NCBI GenBank assembly: GCA_013239625.1
Contig: MU053493.1
Location: 443,793 to 507,792, forward strand
Direction of reading: 5' to 3'
Length of the DNA stretch: 64,000 bases
Origin: Lama guanicoe
Lineage: Eukaryota
Of this stretch, positions 1 to 14,429 are shown piece by piece (position 1 is the stretch's first letter; every line of letters begins with the position of its first letter). The notes beneath the pieces are model-generated. The model was not told where the DNA came from. It saw only the letters and a list, made by a program, of their open reading frames with translations, and searched no databases. The translations under genes and the position numbers were made by a program.

Positions 1-3000
1 GCCTTTTTTTCCAGTTCAAGTGGTCTCAACTCTCAAAGTGGAAGTGAGATAGCCAGTATCAATGGGTTTCTCATCTCCATCCCAAATGGTGGCAGTCTCC
101 TAATTCACCATGGTATCAGTCTTTTTGCTCCAGTCTGAGTGTATTATCCCTGATTAAACAGGAAAATGGTAATATTGTCTCCTGAGGTAGTGGCCACTTA
201 TGACTAGCCTCAGGTCCCTGTAGGCCACTAAAGGTGAGGTTACAAAATGTAACCAATGAGGAGGTGTGGACACTGCAAAACAACTACTTGATTGTGTGTG
301 TGTATACAGGAATCTGGGGAATATGTGTAGGAATGTACTTTATGGGTGTGGAAATAATGGTAGAAGCAATATAAACTTGGATTAGTCCCAATTAACTAGT
401 ATAGGCCCATAAATCAGAGATTGTCCATTGGCTGTTGTAGTATTTGGAGTTAGAAAAGAATCTAACCAGTTGGTTTTTTATGACAAAAAATGGGAAAAAT
501 TAGATCAAAAGAGAGCCCACAATATGAAAATTAGTCATATTTATTCTTACTTGGTTTAACATAGAAGGTGTTCAAAAGCTTAGGGCCACTGGAATGTAAC
601 TGTGGATTTGTTGTTTAAGACCTATTCACCCACACTGGGTGGTTTCCTGAAGACCACCTTTCACCAATTATTTGAGAAATAAACTTGAGAGTGGTGTTCT
701 AGCACCTTGAGAATCTCTGTGTTTTCTCTTCTTTATAGGCTGGGCCTCACAGTGGGAATTGGAAAATCCACTAAATTGAAAAATCTAAATATAGTGGGCA
801 TAATTGGATCATGGGATGGCTAACCAAATGATATCACTTAACCCCCAAATTGAAGGTAGAAATAGTTCCTATAGTGAGCAGCAGAAGCAAAGCAGCATGA
901 AAATATTTTGGTTGGCATAGGCCTATGGTGCTGGCTCATTAATCATGGTGATCCTAAAAGTGAAAGAGACAGGAAACCTAATTAAATATTACTAAATCTG
1001 CATAAGCAGAAAAGTTATGATCAAAGTGAAGAAAAGTGTAACTAGAATCATAAAAAGAGTTCATCATAACCTTTCAATCAGTTTCCTGACATGAACCAGA
1101 TTATAGACCTAGAGACCCTTGAACGAAAGGGAATGAAGAAATTGCAGAAAGAACTTATCTCAGTAACAAAAAATTTTACTGTTAGTCTTTCTCCTAGCCT
1201 TTCCAAAAGGGATCTACTGCAATTTACCAGGGTAACTGTGCACTTGGTTTGGAGGGTGATATAATTAAACACATCAGAGACTACTTGAGCATTGGCTGTG
1301 TTTGACATTGCCTTTAGGAGAATGAAAACATCACTCTGCCCACTACTGAAAGGAGGGGTTTATGGGGATCAGATGAACAATGACATTTTAGCTCAAGTCC
1401 ATGTCACAGAGGGTCCAGCAGTTCTCCTAACTCATCCTGTGGTCATTCCCAACTCTAGACTACATACTTGGAACAGATATTTAGAAGCTGTCAGAATCCT
1501 CTCACTGGTTCCTCAGTCTGAAGGGTGATGGTTGCTATGTTGCAAAGGCCACAAGGAAGTCATTTGAACTGCCTAAACCCAACATCAAAATCAGTGTCAC
1601 ATTCCTGGAGGAATTGCAATGATTGGTGACTCCATTAAGGACTTGAACTATGCATGGGTTGTGATTTCCACCAAATCCTGTAAAATCTTCTATGTGGTTG
1701 ATTCAGAAGGCAGCAGAATCTTATCAAATAACAGTGGATTAAGGAAATCTTATCCAGATGTGGTTTCATTGGTGAGCAAATTGATCCACTGTACAGTAGT
1801 CATTAAACAGCCATTGATCTGGCACATGACTTTTTCTCCAACTTGTCCATAAAGTTCACCAGAAGCAGCTTCCTTTTAGGTTTCAAAGTCAGTAATACAC
1901 CTTTACATCCTACATTGGTGGAATATCAACTTTCCAGCTTATGACACAATGATAATTATTCCCTTCTACAAGATACTATACTTGTTCATTTTATTGATAA
2001 CATTATGCTGAATAGATCTTTTAAGCAGAAAGGGCGACCACTTCAGTCTAATTGGCAAGATATTTATGTATCTGAGAGTGGGGAATACATTCAACTAAAA
2101 TTCAAGGGACTTCTACCTCAGTAAAATTTATAGAGTTCTAAGGATTAGGGCATGCCCAGATATCTGTTTCAAAGTAAACAGTTGTATCATCTGGCCCCTC
2201 CCACAACCAAGACACATGCATAATTCTGATTGGGCTTCTTTGGATTTTAGAGGCCACATATTCTTCATTTGAGTGTATTTTCCTGTCTCATATATAGAAT
2301 AGCCTGAAAGTCCACTAGTTTTGAGGAGTACCCAGAATGAAGGATGGCTCTGCAAAATGCCCAGGCTAATATTCAGACCACTCTGCCATATGGACTATAA
2401 ATTCCAGCAGACCCAATAGTTTCTGGAGTTTTGCTGACAGATGTGAATGCTGCTTGGAGCTGTACCAGTCCTATAGATGAATTACAAAACAGGCATTTAG
2501 GATTTTGGGTCGTGGCCCAGCTGACATTCATGGATAACTAACTACTCTCCTATTGATGGTAAATATGTGCCTTCTACTAGGCTTTAGCAGAGACTGAATG
2601 CTTGACCGTGGGCCACCAGGTTATCATAAGAACTCAGCTGCCCATCAATAACTGGATGTTAAATAACCAATAGAGCCATTAAGATGGCTCAGCAATATTC
2701 CATCATGAATTGGAATTGGTATACACATGATTGGTCTCAGGAAGGCACTGAAAAAAAAAAGTAAGATACATGAAGAAGTGGACCAAGTATCCATAGTCTC
2801 TTCCTGCTACTCCACGTGTTCTCAGCCTACACCAGTGGCCCCATGTAGACCTCCCAAGCATCAGTTGGACTTGATTAACAGGAGTTTCTGCAGGATATAC
2901 AAATGGTAACTGAAAGCAGTCAGCTGCCAACACTGCACCTCATTTTGGGGACATCCTTGAAGGACAGAAGTAAAGAGACGTCATCTCAGGAAGCAGAACT

Positions 3001-3632
3001 TCATGCAGTGCACCTCCATGTTTACACTGTTTGGAAGGGAAAATGGTGGGCATGGAGTTATATACTAATATATGGGCTGTGACCAATGCTTGACGTTTAG
3101 TAACTTGAAAGGCATGTGATTGAAGACTAGTGACAATGGAATTTTGGGAGATGCATGTGGATGCGCATTTATCATTGGGCAAAATTTGAAGATATGTATG
3201 TCCCGTGTGAATGGTCATCAAAGGGTGACCTCAGGGAAGATTTTAAAATTCAAGTGGTTAGGACAACAGAGTCTATGGATACAAGTTAGCCTTTTCATGT
3301 AGTTACCCCTGATATTGTTCACTGGGTACATGAAAAAGCTGACCTTAGAGTCAAGGATGGAGGTTATGCATGGGTTCAGAAACATGGATTTCCACTTACT
3401 AACCCTGAGTGCCCAATCTGCCAGCTGCTGATGGCAATGTTGTGTTCCTGATGTGGCACCATTTGCTCTGGACGTATTTTCAGGTGAATGAAAGCTTCCT
3501 CCTGGAGACAGAAAACAATTCACTTGAACTGGAAGTTAAGACGGTCACTTTGCATTAGATGCTCCCTACGCCGCAGAATCAACAGTGAAAGAAGAGAGTT
3601 ACTGTGCTGTCTTAGGTGATTTTTCTAACTAC
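1..3632 (+). mobile_element. ERV-L internal sequence (degraded gag-pro-pol, reaching into dUTPase), interrupted at 3632
   Basis: HERV-L-like stretches (e.g. 341-430 gag; RT-like VHFIDNIML near 1983-2010; dUTPase-like ...ctggaagttaagac...gagttactgtgctg at 3528-3610); many stops and frameshifts. Confidence 0.85.
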
Positions 3633-4042
3633 TGCCAATGAAAAACCATAGCTGGAAAGTTGTTGAACCTGAAAAAAAGAACAGATTTATTAAGGACTAT
3701 TGCAACATTAAAAAAAGAGACCTCACTATAGAAATGTTCACAATACTTAATATAGCATGGGCAAGTGGGAATTTATAATCAAGGGTCCTGGTGAGATCAG
3801 GAATGTGATAATATAAGGGAGTTGCTGGTTAAACCTGTTTCAAAGAATTCTTGCTGAAGACAGGCCAGACACGTGACATCACCTGGTGAATGACAGAGGA
3901 TAAGAAACCCAATTAAATATTACAGGCGTACCCTGGAAATATCGTGGATTTGGTTCCAGACCATCACAATAAATCAAATATCACAATAAGGAGAGTTACA
4001 CAAAATTTTGGGTTTCCCAGTGCATGTAAAATTATGTTAAGA

Positions 4043-4211
4043 TCAGGGTGGAAGGTATAGCTCAAGTGGTAGAGCTCATGCTCAACATGCATGAGATCTT
4101 AGGTTCAATCCTGAGTACCTCTTCTAAAAACAAATAAATAAACAAACCTAATTACCTTCCCCCAAAACAAATAGATAAAAATAAATTGTATAAAAGTTTT
4201 TTAAAAAATTA
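4043..4211 (+). mobile_element. tRNA-derived camelid SINE (Vic-type)
   Basis: A box tagctcaagtgg, B box ggttcaatcc, A-rich tail, 15-bp TSD aaaattat(g/a)ttaaga (4028-4042 / 4212-4226). Confidence 0.9.
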
Positions 4212-4308
4212 AAAATTATATTAAGACTATACTGCAGTCTATCAAGTATGAAATAGCATTATGTCTAAAACACAATGTATATAATTTAGAAGAATTATAT
4301 TATTGGTT

Positions 4309-4475
4309 AAAATAAATAACCAACAAGGATATATTGTACATCATAGGGAAATATAGCCAGTTATTTTATATTAACTCTAAATGAAGTATAATTATGAAAA
4401 TATTGACACACTATGTTGCACACCTAAAACTAACATAATATTATAAATCAACTGTACTTCAATAAAAATTAAAAT
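4309..4475 (+). mobile_element. Short 5'-truncated L1 3'-end fragment
   Basis: L1 3'UTR terminus ...tgttgcacacctaaaactaacataatattataaatcaactgtacttcaataaaa. Confidence 0.8.
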
Positions 4476-4760
4476 ATTAATCACATCAGAAAAGTAATAC
4501 TATCAGGAAAATGGCTACAATACACTTACTTCATACAGGATTGACACAAACTCTGAATTTCTAAAAAATGCAACCTGTGAAGCACATAAAAATGAGTCCT
4601 GCCTGTACAGGGTGATTAGTTATGGACAGATATATATAGGACAGTGCTAAACTGAGCAGGATTCTTGCTAAATAAGTATTTCACAAGGAAGTTCAAAGAT
4701 GGGTTTAGTAGATGAATCAGGAGCCTAATTAAAGTTTGGCCAAGCAAAGAATCTTTGTTA

Positions 4761-7115
4761 GTCTCCCTCTTGTTCTCAAAAAAAGAGAAATTTTTCTTTG
4801 CTTTGAGTAATAAAAGTCCAATTTTTGTTCATTGGGGATCTGCTGAATCATCCATAGAAAAAAATTAGTAAACATCATTTACTGGGTGGTGTTAGCTATG
4901 AAATATTTAATGAGAAGGAGTTTCAATTAAATTAAAAAAGAATAAAATCTCAGTTTCTAATTCCATATAGCAAACAATGGGAAAGATTTCTAGATGTTCC
5001 TCTCAAAGTACCTTTAGATGGAGGAGTGAGCAGAGCAGTGGCAAACCAGTGGATTTCCTGGTTTGCATTTTGAATCTCTGTGGTTATGTCATTAGGTGTT
5101 CTGCTGAGCTTCCTGAGTTTCCCACACAGCAGTAGGCAGAAAGTTTGCCTGTACATGACCTGTCCTAGTTATTTCTTTAATATATCCTCTCATCTGGCCT
5201 CAGCTTGCAGCACTTTGGGAAAAGGATAGCTTTACTTCTCAGTGATTTCAAGTCAGAATTGATTAAAATTGAAAATGTTAATTTGCAGAATTGCAGGCAA
5301 GTACTGGAAGATTGAAATGATTCAGTCAAGGGCTGACATAAAATGCTGGCAGAACTAACAAAGGTAAATTATAGTTTCCCATGAAACATTATTTTTCTCT
5401 CTACAATCACCACCATCTCTGTCAGAAAAAAAACCAACAACATATGACTAGTTTTTTGCAAAATAAAGCTAGTCTCATGAAACTAGGACTGATTATTTAT
5501 ATAATGTCCCAAAATAGTGTGGGGACATATAAGTCTCTTGGGTATCCTTTGCTGAAAATATTCATAAGGAATCTCAGATTGTACTTTTGAAAATCTATCA
5601 AAGTTATGAAATCATGCCAAGAGCTTGCCACTATGTTTTTCATGCAAGATCTAAAGACTTTTGTGAATCCCTTTCTTTTCAATTTACCAAAATATACTGA
5701 GTTTGCTGGGCCTGGTGGAAATGACCTTCCTTACAGATTTGTAAGTTTGGGTACCCCATATTCCTAATGTAATCTGGCTTTCCAAGGAGGTTTTATAAGC
5801 ATTGGGTCCTTTAAGTCAACAATAGTTCCATAAAACTGTCTGACCATATCTGAATTGATGCAAATTTTCTCAAATAAAACATTCCAATCATGTCTTGATA
5901 ATATAACCAGTGTTTCCATGTTTCTCTGGTTACAAGGAAAATAGATTGTTATGGAACTTATGCAAATAAAACAAGACCATAAAATTAAGAAAGCTCACTA
6001 AGGTTTCAAATTCTAGAGGGACAAGGTAAGGAGAAAAAGCAATTGTTGCACCTTTGTTCACAAATGTATTCTTTACAAATTGCAAACATTTCCTTAAATC
6101 TGGAAACAAAAACCAAAAAAGCAATGTTTCAAGCCAAAAATTATTTAAAAAGTATAATTAGCCTTAAAGTTCATTCACCTCTTTGTGTTAATTTTTATTC
6201 TGCTTGATTTTGGGATACTGTTAGAAATCCATCATCTTCTGCATTCTTTCTGGAAGTTCCTGCATTGTCCAGAAGCATGGTCTCAAAAATACTCAGGTGA
6301 TCCCATCATGGAACATTCCTGCATGTAGTTGACTGTAAACACTTTAAGAGAAGATACAAAGCAAATAAATACTGTCTGTAAATGGCAAATTACTTAAAAT
6401 GCCCTTTGTTAAAGCTCTAATGAGACTCATTGAATAAGGAAAATTATTTTTGTGGCATGCAACAGTTTAGCATAATAACTGGACAACATGTGTATCAACA
6501 GATTTCCATGATGTTTGTACAAATTCTAAAATACCTGTGTTAGTAATATATATCTGCACATATATAACCTAAGGAGGTTTCTCATTACTTCTTATTTGAC
6601 AGTGTTTCCCATTTAAATTAACATACCATATAAACCTCATTAATTTAATATCTCCCTTTTAGAAGGTGAGAGACAAGTCCTTTAAGATTATCCAGCAAAT
6701 CTCTGGGAAATCTCATAGTTAGTTTGAGGTTAAAGATACTAAATTTAATATTTATTTTGAGAATTGTCAAGAATGTCAAAAGGTTTGAACACTTGACTAT
6801 ACAGAAACACAGCTAACTGTGAAACTATACTTATCCATCTACCAACACGATAATTAAAAGTTTCCAAAGACAACACCAGTTGCATAGTTGTAAAAAATGT
6901 TCCACTTTAAATATTGAGAACAGTTTAAATCAACATGAAGGAGATGAAATTATTTTAAGATATAAATTCTTTGTTTTGCAGGTAGATTATTTAAAAGGTA
7001 AAGAAAAATACCTTTTTACACTAACAGTCTTATAATCAAACAAAAGTGTATTTTAGCAGATATAATCAGATTCTACTTTTGCATCAGTGTGTTATTAATT
7101 CTAAGACTTTAAAAA
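4761..7115 (-). mobile_element. MER31/MER4-group non-coding ERV1 internal sequence (copy 1)
   Basis: AT-rich, adjoins LTR through a PPT; homologous to 39020-40080 (same orientation) and to the + strand copy within 22213-33698. Confidence 0.75.
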
Positions 7116-7575
7116 ATCATATCTGAGACATGGAAACAACTTAAATGCCAATCAACAGAAGACTGGATAAAGAAATTGTGATAAATTGTATATGCTTCCA
7201 ATTTTAAATTCTTTCAAATTTTACATTAAAATATTTTTATTACTATTATTGTTAAAAAATCTACCTCATTTAATTTTTATCTCTCTTGGTTTTCATCTCC
7301 TGTTATTGACTATACACAAGTTTCAAATATTGTATTTTGTTCTTTACTCCTTTTTTAAGTTTGAAAAGATGTCTTGAATTCATTGATATTCTGATTCAAC
7401 TTGCTTTTCTATTATTGATTATACACTGTTTTCAAACCTTTTTTTCTCCTTTCTTTTCAAATACTCTCTCATTATTTTGTTTTACTTCTGCATAGGCATT
7501 AGACAGATATATAAATAAACTCTTTAAGGACCAAAACAGATAACTGATAAATCATAAGCCATAGAGCCAGAGAGA

Positions 7576-8474
7576 TATAAGCAAGATGAAATAGCAGGGG
7601 AACCACTCCCAATTAAAAGAAAAAGTAGTCCCCTAAAGGAACGATAAATGAAATAGACATTGATGGCCTACTAGATCAAGATATCAAAAAAGGAGTGATC
7701 AAAGTACTGAAGGAACTAAAAGAGACAGTGTTCAGGCATTTAAAATATGTAAAAAATGAAATTGATGATATAAAGAAGAGCCAAGTAGAATTGGTAAACT
7801 CATTGGCTGATATTAGTGCTATTCTAAAAGCTGTACAAAGCAGACTAGATAATGCAGAGGAATGAATAAGTGACCGAGAAGACAGGACAACAGGAAGCAC
7901 CCAATCGTAACAGCTGAGAGAAAAACAAATAAAAAGAAATGAAAACAACATAAGGGACCTATGGGATAATATAAAGCATGCCAATCTATGCTTAATAGGG
8001 GTTCCAGAAGGGGATGAAAGATCAAAGGGGATTGAAAGATTTTTGAAGAAATCATGACTGGAAACTTCCCAAACTTAAAGAAGGAATCAGATATCCAAGT
8101 ACAGGAAGCTCAGAGGGTCCCAAACAGGAAGAACCCAAACAGACCCACACCAACACATATCATAATCAAGATGGCCAGAGTCAAGGATAAAGAAATGATC
8201 CTAAAGGCAGCAAGAGAAAAGGAAAGACTGAGTTACAAGGGAACCTCCCATAAAGCTCTCAGCTGATTTCTCTACACAAGCACTACAGGCCAGAAGAGAC
8301 TAGCAAAATATATTTAAAGTCCTGAAAAAAAAAGATGCAGCCTAGGATACTTTATCCAGCAAAGCTATCCTTTAGAATAGAAGGAGAGATAAAGGATTTC
8401 ACAGACAAGTAAAAACTAAAAGAGTTTAGCAACACTAAACCCATGCTAAAAGAAATATTCAAAAGTCTACTGTA
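7576..8474 (+). pseudogene. L1 ORF1 (disrupted)
   Basis: QVQEAQRVPNRKNPNRPTPTHIIIKM ORF1p motif; start ATG mutated to ATA; internal stops. Confidence 0.9.
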
Positions 8475-8881
8475 AACAGAAGAGAAGCAGGATGCTACAG
8501 AAATGAGAAATTCAAAACTGGAAAGGTGATAACCACCAAGAATTACAAAATAGAATGAACACAAAATTGTAAAAGATTTCTAAATCATGAAGAGTGGGAG
8601 AGGGAAGCAATAAAATCTAGAGTACTTTTTTCTTTCTTTTTAAATATTTTGTTTATGGTAGGATGGGTTTGAGATTATATTATTACCTGTTTAATAAAAA
8701 TAGTTATAGTAATGGGCTAACAAGCTTACAAAAAAGGATAACCATGAGCCAAAAACCTACAAATGAGTCACAAAAACTAAATAAAATCCATGATAATATA
8801 AAGGAAAATTACCAAACCACAAAATGAAGAAGAAAGGAACAGAGAGGAAATACCAAATGAGCTGCAAGAAATAAGTTCAAA

Positions 8882-11800
8882 ATGGCATTAAACACACATC
8901 TATCATTAATTACTGTAAATGTCAGTGGACTAAATGCTCCAATCAAAAGAAACAGAGTGGCACACTGGATAATAAAGCAAGAACCTGAAGTTGCTGTATA
9001 CAAGAGACTCACTTTAGGGGGAAGGGGACACATAGATTGAGACTGAAAGGATGGAAAATGATATTCCATGCAAATCCTTTGGAAAAGCCAAAAAAAGCTG
9101 GTATAGCAGTACTGATTTCAGTCGAAATAGACTTCAAAACAAAGGCCATAAAGAAAGATAAAGAAGGACATTTTATAATGATTAAAGGAGTAATACAAGA
9201 TGAGAATTTTATAATTGTTAATATATTTGCACCTAATATAGGAGCATCTAAGTACATAAAGCAACTACTAACAGAGATAAAGGGGGATATTGATGGGAAT
9301 ACAATCATTGTCGGAGATTTTAACACTGCAGTAACATCACCAGACAGATCTTAGACACAGAAAATAAATAAGGCAACAGAGAAATTAAATAATACAATAC
9401 AGAAATTAGATTTGGTGGATATTTTCGGAGCATTACACCCCCCAAAAATAGGATATACATTCTTTTTAAGTGCACAGGGAACATTTTCTAGGATTGATTA
9501 TGTACTTGGGCACAAAGAAACCTCAACAATTTTAAGAAGATAGAAATTATCACAAGCATCTTTACTGACCACAATGCCATGAAACTAGAAACAAACAACA
9601 GAGAATCAAAGGAGAAAAAAGGAAAATATGGAGATTAACGAAGATGCTTTTAGAAAAACAATGGGTAAATGATAAAATAAAAGTTGAGATTTAAAAATAC
9701 CTTGAGACAAATGAAAACGAAAACACAACCAAACAAAATTTATGGGATGCAGCAAAGGTAATGCTAAGAGGGAAGTGTATAGTGATATAGGCCTTCCTCA
9801 AAGAAGAAGAACAATCTCAAAAAAACAATCTAACCCATCAGATAAACAAATTAGAAAAATAAGAGCAAAAGCTCCCAAAAAGCAGCAGAAGGAAGAAAAT
9901 AATAATCATGGAGAAAATAGACAAAATAGAGTTCAAAAAAAAATAGAGAAAATCAACCAAACCGAAAGCTTTTTTTTTTGAAAAAAATTAATAAAATCGA
10001 CAAACCTCTGGCCAAACTCACAAAGAAAAAGAGAGAACACAAGTAAGCAAAATAAGAAAGGAAAATGGAGAAATTACAACAAGTAACATGGAAATTCAGA
10101 ATATTATACAAGAATATTATGAAAAACTATATGGAACCAAAATGGATAACCTAGAGGAGATGGACAAGTTTCTGGAAACATACAGTTCAACAAGACTGAT
10201 CCAAGAAGAAATTGACCACTTGAACAAACAGATCACTAGATACCAAATCGACTTATCAATGAAAAAAACTCCCTACAAATAAAACTTCAGGACTGGATGG
10301 CTTTACCAGGGAATTCGACCAATCATACAAAGATTTTATACCAGTCCTCAAACTCTTCCAGAAGATTGAAAAGGAGGGAATACTCCTAAACTCATTCTAT
10401 GAAGCCACCATCACCCGCATACAAAAACCAGTCAAAGACACTACATAAAAACAGAATTACAGGACAGTGTCACTGATGAACATAGATGCAAAAATCCTCA
10501 CCAAAATATTAGCGAATAGAATCCAACAGCACATAAAAATGATTATACATCATGACCAAGTGGCGTTCATCCGAGGGACACAAGGGTGGTTCAACATATG
10601 CAAATCATTCAATGTAATACATCACATCAACAAGAGAAAGGGCAAAAACCACATGATCATCTCAATAGATGCAGAAAAAGCATTTGATAAAATTCAACAC
10701 CAATTTATGATAAAAACTCTCACCAAAGTGGGTTTACAGGGAACATATGTCAAAATGATAAAAAAAAAAAGCTATATATGACAAACCTACAGCCAGCATA
10801 GTACTCAATGGTGAAAAACTCAAAAGCTTTCCACAAAAATCTCGGACAAGACAAGGCTGCCCACTATCACCACTCCTATTAAATATACAATTGGAAGTGC
10901 TAGACACAGCAATCAGACGAGAGAGAAATAAAATGGATCCAAATTGGAGAAGAGGTAAAAGTGTCACTATATGCTGATGACATGTTACTATAAATAGAAA
11001 TCCCTAAAGGTCCACACAAAAACTATTAAAAATAATAGAAGAATTCAGCAAGGTAGCAGTTTACAAGATTGATGTTCAAAAATCAGTTGCATTTCTTTAC
11101 GTTAACGATGAATCAACAGAAAAAGAAAGTAAAGAAACAATCCCCTTTAAAATAGCACTCAAAGTAATAAAACACCTAGGAATAAATCTAACCTAGGAGA
11201 TGAAAGAACTATACAAAGAAAACTATAAATCATTGATAAAGGAAATTAAGGAAGACTTTAAAAAATGGAAAGATATCCCATGCTCCTGGATTGGAAAAAT
11301 CAATATTGTTAACATGGCCACACTGCCCAAGGCAATCTACAGATTTACTGCAATCTCTATCAAATTGCCCAGGACATATTTCACAGAACTAGAACAAATC
11401 ATAATAAAATTTATATGGAACCACAAAAGACCTAGAATCGCCAAAGCTTTACTGAAGAGAAAGAAAGAGGCTGGAGGAATAACTCTCCCAGACTTCAGAC
11501 AATAGTATAGACGTACAGTCATCAATACAGCATGATATTGGTACAAAAAAAGACATATGGAGCAATGGAACAGAATAGAGAGCCCAGAAATGGACCCACA
11601 AATTTTGGTCAACTCATTTTCTATAAAGGAGACAAGAACATACAATGGAATAAAAACAATCTCTTCAGCAAATGGTGTTGGGAAAACTGGATGGCAGCAT
11701 GTAAAGCAATGAATCTAGAACGCTCCCTTACACCATACACAAAAATCAACTCAAAATGGATCAAAGACTTAAACATAAGACAAGATACAATAAACCTCCT

Positions 11801-12643
11801 AGAGGAAAATATAGGCAAAACATTATCTCACATACATCTCAAATATGTTCTCCTAGGACTGTCTACCCAAGCAATAGAAATAAAAGCAAGAATCAACAAA
11901 TGGGACCTAATGAAACTTACAAACTTCTGCACAGCAAAGGAAACATAAGTAAAACAAAACGACAAACTACGGAATGTGAAAAAATGTTTGCAAATGAAAC
12001 CGACAAAGGCTTGATCTCCAGAATATATACACAGTTCATATGACTTAATAAGAAAAATCAAATAACCCAATCCAAAAATGGGCAGAAGACCTAAATAAGC
12101 AATTCTCCAAGGCAGAAATACACATGATCAATAAGCACATGAAAAAAAATGCTCTATATCACTAATTGTCAGAGAAATGCAAATCAAAACTACAATGAGG
12201 TATCACCTCACACCAGTCAGAATGACCATCATTCAAAAGTCCACAAATGACAAATGATGGAGAGGTTGCAGAGAAAATGCAACCCTCCTACTCTGCTAGT
12301 GGAAATGCAGTTTGGTACAGCCACTGTGGAAAACAATATGGAAATTTCTCAAAAGTCTAAGAACAGACTAACCATATGATCCAGGAATCCCACTCCTGGG
12401 CATATATATAGAAGGCACTCTATTATAGCCAAGACATGGAAAGAGCCTAAATGTCCATCAGCAGCTGACTAGATCAAGAAGCTGTGGTATACTTATACAA
12501 TAGAATACTATTCAGCCCTAACAACTGACAACATAACGCCATTTGCAGCAACATAGGTATTTCTGGAGAGTGTCATTCTAAGTTAAGTATGCCAGAAAGA
12601 AAAAGAAAAATACCATATGAGATCACTCATATGTGGAATTTAA
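8882..12643 (+). pseudogene. L1 ORF2 endonuclease/reverse transcriptase (disrupted)
   Basis: Endonuclease [27 protein letters not shown] and YADD (tatgctgatgac near 10969); frameshifts and stops. Confidence 0.95.
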
Positions 12644-12975
12644 ATAATAAAAAAGAACATAAAAACAAAACAGAAACAGATTCATCAACATAGAGTAAAA
12701 AATTGTGGTTTCCAATAAGAGAGGGAATGGAAGGGATAGACTGGGAGTTCAAAATTTGTAGATACTGACAGGCATATGTAGAATAGATAAACAAGATTAT
12801 ACGGTATAGCTCAAGGAAATATATACAAGATCTTGTGGTAGCTCACAGCAAAAAATAAAAGTGACAATGAATATATGTATGTTCATGTATAGCTGAAAAA
12901 TTATACTCTACACTGGAATTTGACACAGTATTGTAAAATGACTACAGTTCAACAAAAAAAAACAGTTAAAAAATA

Positions 12976-13187
12976 GAGAAATTTCTGAAATTCAAAAGTT
13001 GGATTTGTCTTGTACAGGCAACTATTTACATATCATTTACATTTTACTGTGTATTGATAGTAATCTAAAAATTATGTAAGTATACAGGAAATAGGGTGCA
13101 ATTTTATACCATGAACCTTACCATCCATGTATTTTTGTATCCATGCGGGTCTGGAGCCAATTTTCTGAGGATACCAATGGATAACTG
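12976..13187 (+). mobile_element. MER2/Tigger3-like DNA transposon remnant (one terminus only)
   Basis: caactatttacatatcatttacatt...ggataccaatggataactg matches the MER2/Tigger3 end. Confidence 0.75.
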
Positions 13188-14054
13188 CACAGAACAAAAC
13201 AGTTTTTAATAAAATTGATAAATTTATAAAATTTTATTTGGGACAATCTTTATAATAAAGCTAGTTTCCAAAACTTTTGGTAAAATAAAAACAAGCAAAC
13301 AGGAATGTCTTCAGATCAACTATAATGCAGGAAAGCACCTTTTTTCTGCCTAGGTTTACTAGACAAGGAAGCTTAAGTTATCTCTTGATAGTTAAGATTA
13401 TAAAACTATAAATTCAAAGTAAGAAAAACTGTACAATGAAATTAATTGCTTGATATATTTTCAGCACAGTATGTAAAAAAATTAATGAAAACAAAGACAA
13501 AACTTTATATTTAACCTTTTAATTTCTTTGCTTCTGTAATTTTTTTGATAGCTTCCTAATTTGTCAACAAAAAGTAACTCAGGATTATGTACAGATTTGT
13601 TTAGCTCAAGAAATTTTCATGATCAATTCAAACATAACTATTCATAGCAAGTGATTAAACAGATGCAAATGAATACAAGTTTTTAAATAAACTTCAACAG
13701 TAACTAAGTTTCATAGTGGTAAGTCCACTTAAAACTAGTCCTGTAAACTTTATAGTAAGTTGGAAATTTAAATTATATTAAATGATGATAAATCATATAT
13801 ATTTGTTAAATATCTAGATCATTTCTAAATAAAATATTCAAACATTAAGTGCTGAACAAACATTTATCTACTGTTTTATGCTATTGAATTCTTTTTTTAT
13901 TGAAGTATATAGTCAAAAGTGTCTACTTTTGGCATCTTTTTAAATATAGTAAAAAGAAGTTAAACATATTTGAGTCTGTTTATGAAAAACAAATTGTACT
14001 ATGAAAATGTATTACTTTTAAAATTTATGAATAATGTATTAATAAATTTGGTGC

Positions 14055-14407
14055 TGAAGGGGCAAAACCCATAAAGGGACCAGTAAAACCTCCCAGGAAG
14101 TGCCTTTGCCTTACCGCTTTTGCCCGTCTATAAAATGGCTTGCTTCTAGGAAAACAAAATTCCTAAATTTCCTAAAATTCCATTGGTTCCCAAAAGATCA
14201 TTCCTGATTGGCCCATTTCTAACACCTCATTTGCATATGCTGTGAACATAATCAAAACCTACAAACCTATAAAAGCCTGTGTAAATCTACAGATGGGGTC
14301 CAGAGCTTGGAGTTTTAACTCCTCTGGGCCCACCATTGTAAAAACCTGAGTTCTCCAACCCTCCAAGTGTCGCTTGGTCGCTCAACAGAATTCAGATTTC
14401 TGTAACA
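14055..14407 (+). repeat. 5' LTR
   Basis: tgaagggg...tgtaaca; direct repeat of 21863-22208; inverted CCAAT (attgg), octamer atttgcat and TATA-like tataaaa. Confidence 0.95.
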
Positions 14408-14411
14408 TTTC

Positions 14412-14429
14412 TGGATGCCTCAGTATGAT
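14412..14429 (+). promoter_or_regulatory. Primer-binding site, probably tRNA-Thr (degenerate)
   Basis: tggatgcctcagtatgat vs TGGAGGCCCCAGCGAGAT, 13/18; located just after the 5' LTR. Confidence 0.5.

Larger units (their letters stand above)
3923..4605 (-). mobile_element. Internally deleted Tigger1-like DNA transposon
   Basis: Termini caggcgtacc... and ...gtcctgcctg flanked by TA dinucleotides (3921-3922, 4606-4607); both ends match Tigger1 terminal sequences. Confidence 0.85.
3633..4760 (-). mobile_element. MER31/MER67-like ERV1 LTR (3' LTR of a minus-strand element), carrying nested insertions
   Basis: Minus strand begins taacaaagattctttgcttggccaaacttt, preceded by a PPT (aagagggagac, revcomp of 4761-4771); homologous to LTRs at 36021-36479 and 51979-52663. 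Confidence 0.8.
7190..12975 (+). mobile_element. L1 (camelid family), 5'-truncated within the 5'UTR, inactive
   Basis: AT-rich 3' part of 5'UTR, ORF1, spacer, ORF2, 3'UTR and A-rich tail; collinear with the L1 at 54257-59815. Confidence 0.95.

Noticed and set aside
4043..4125. tRNA genes (also about 47205-47281 and 53897-53980)
   Set aside because: tRNA-like heads are followed by a SINE body, A tail and TSDs
7676..12070. Many hydrophobic minus-strand ORFs over L1s (also 24854-25249 and 54393-59732)
   Set aside because: Antisense shadows of A-rich L1 coding sequence; Phe/Leu/Ser richness is compositional
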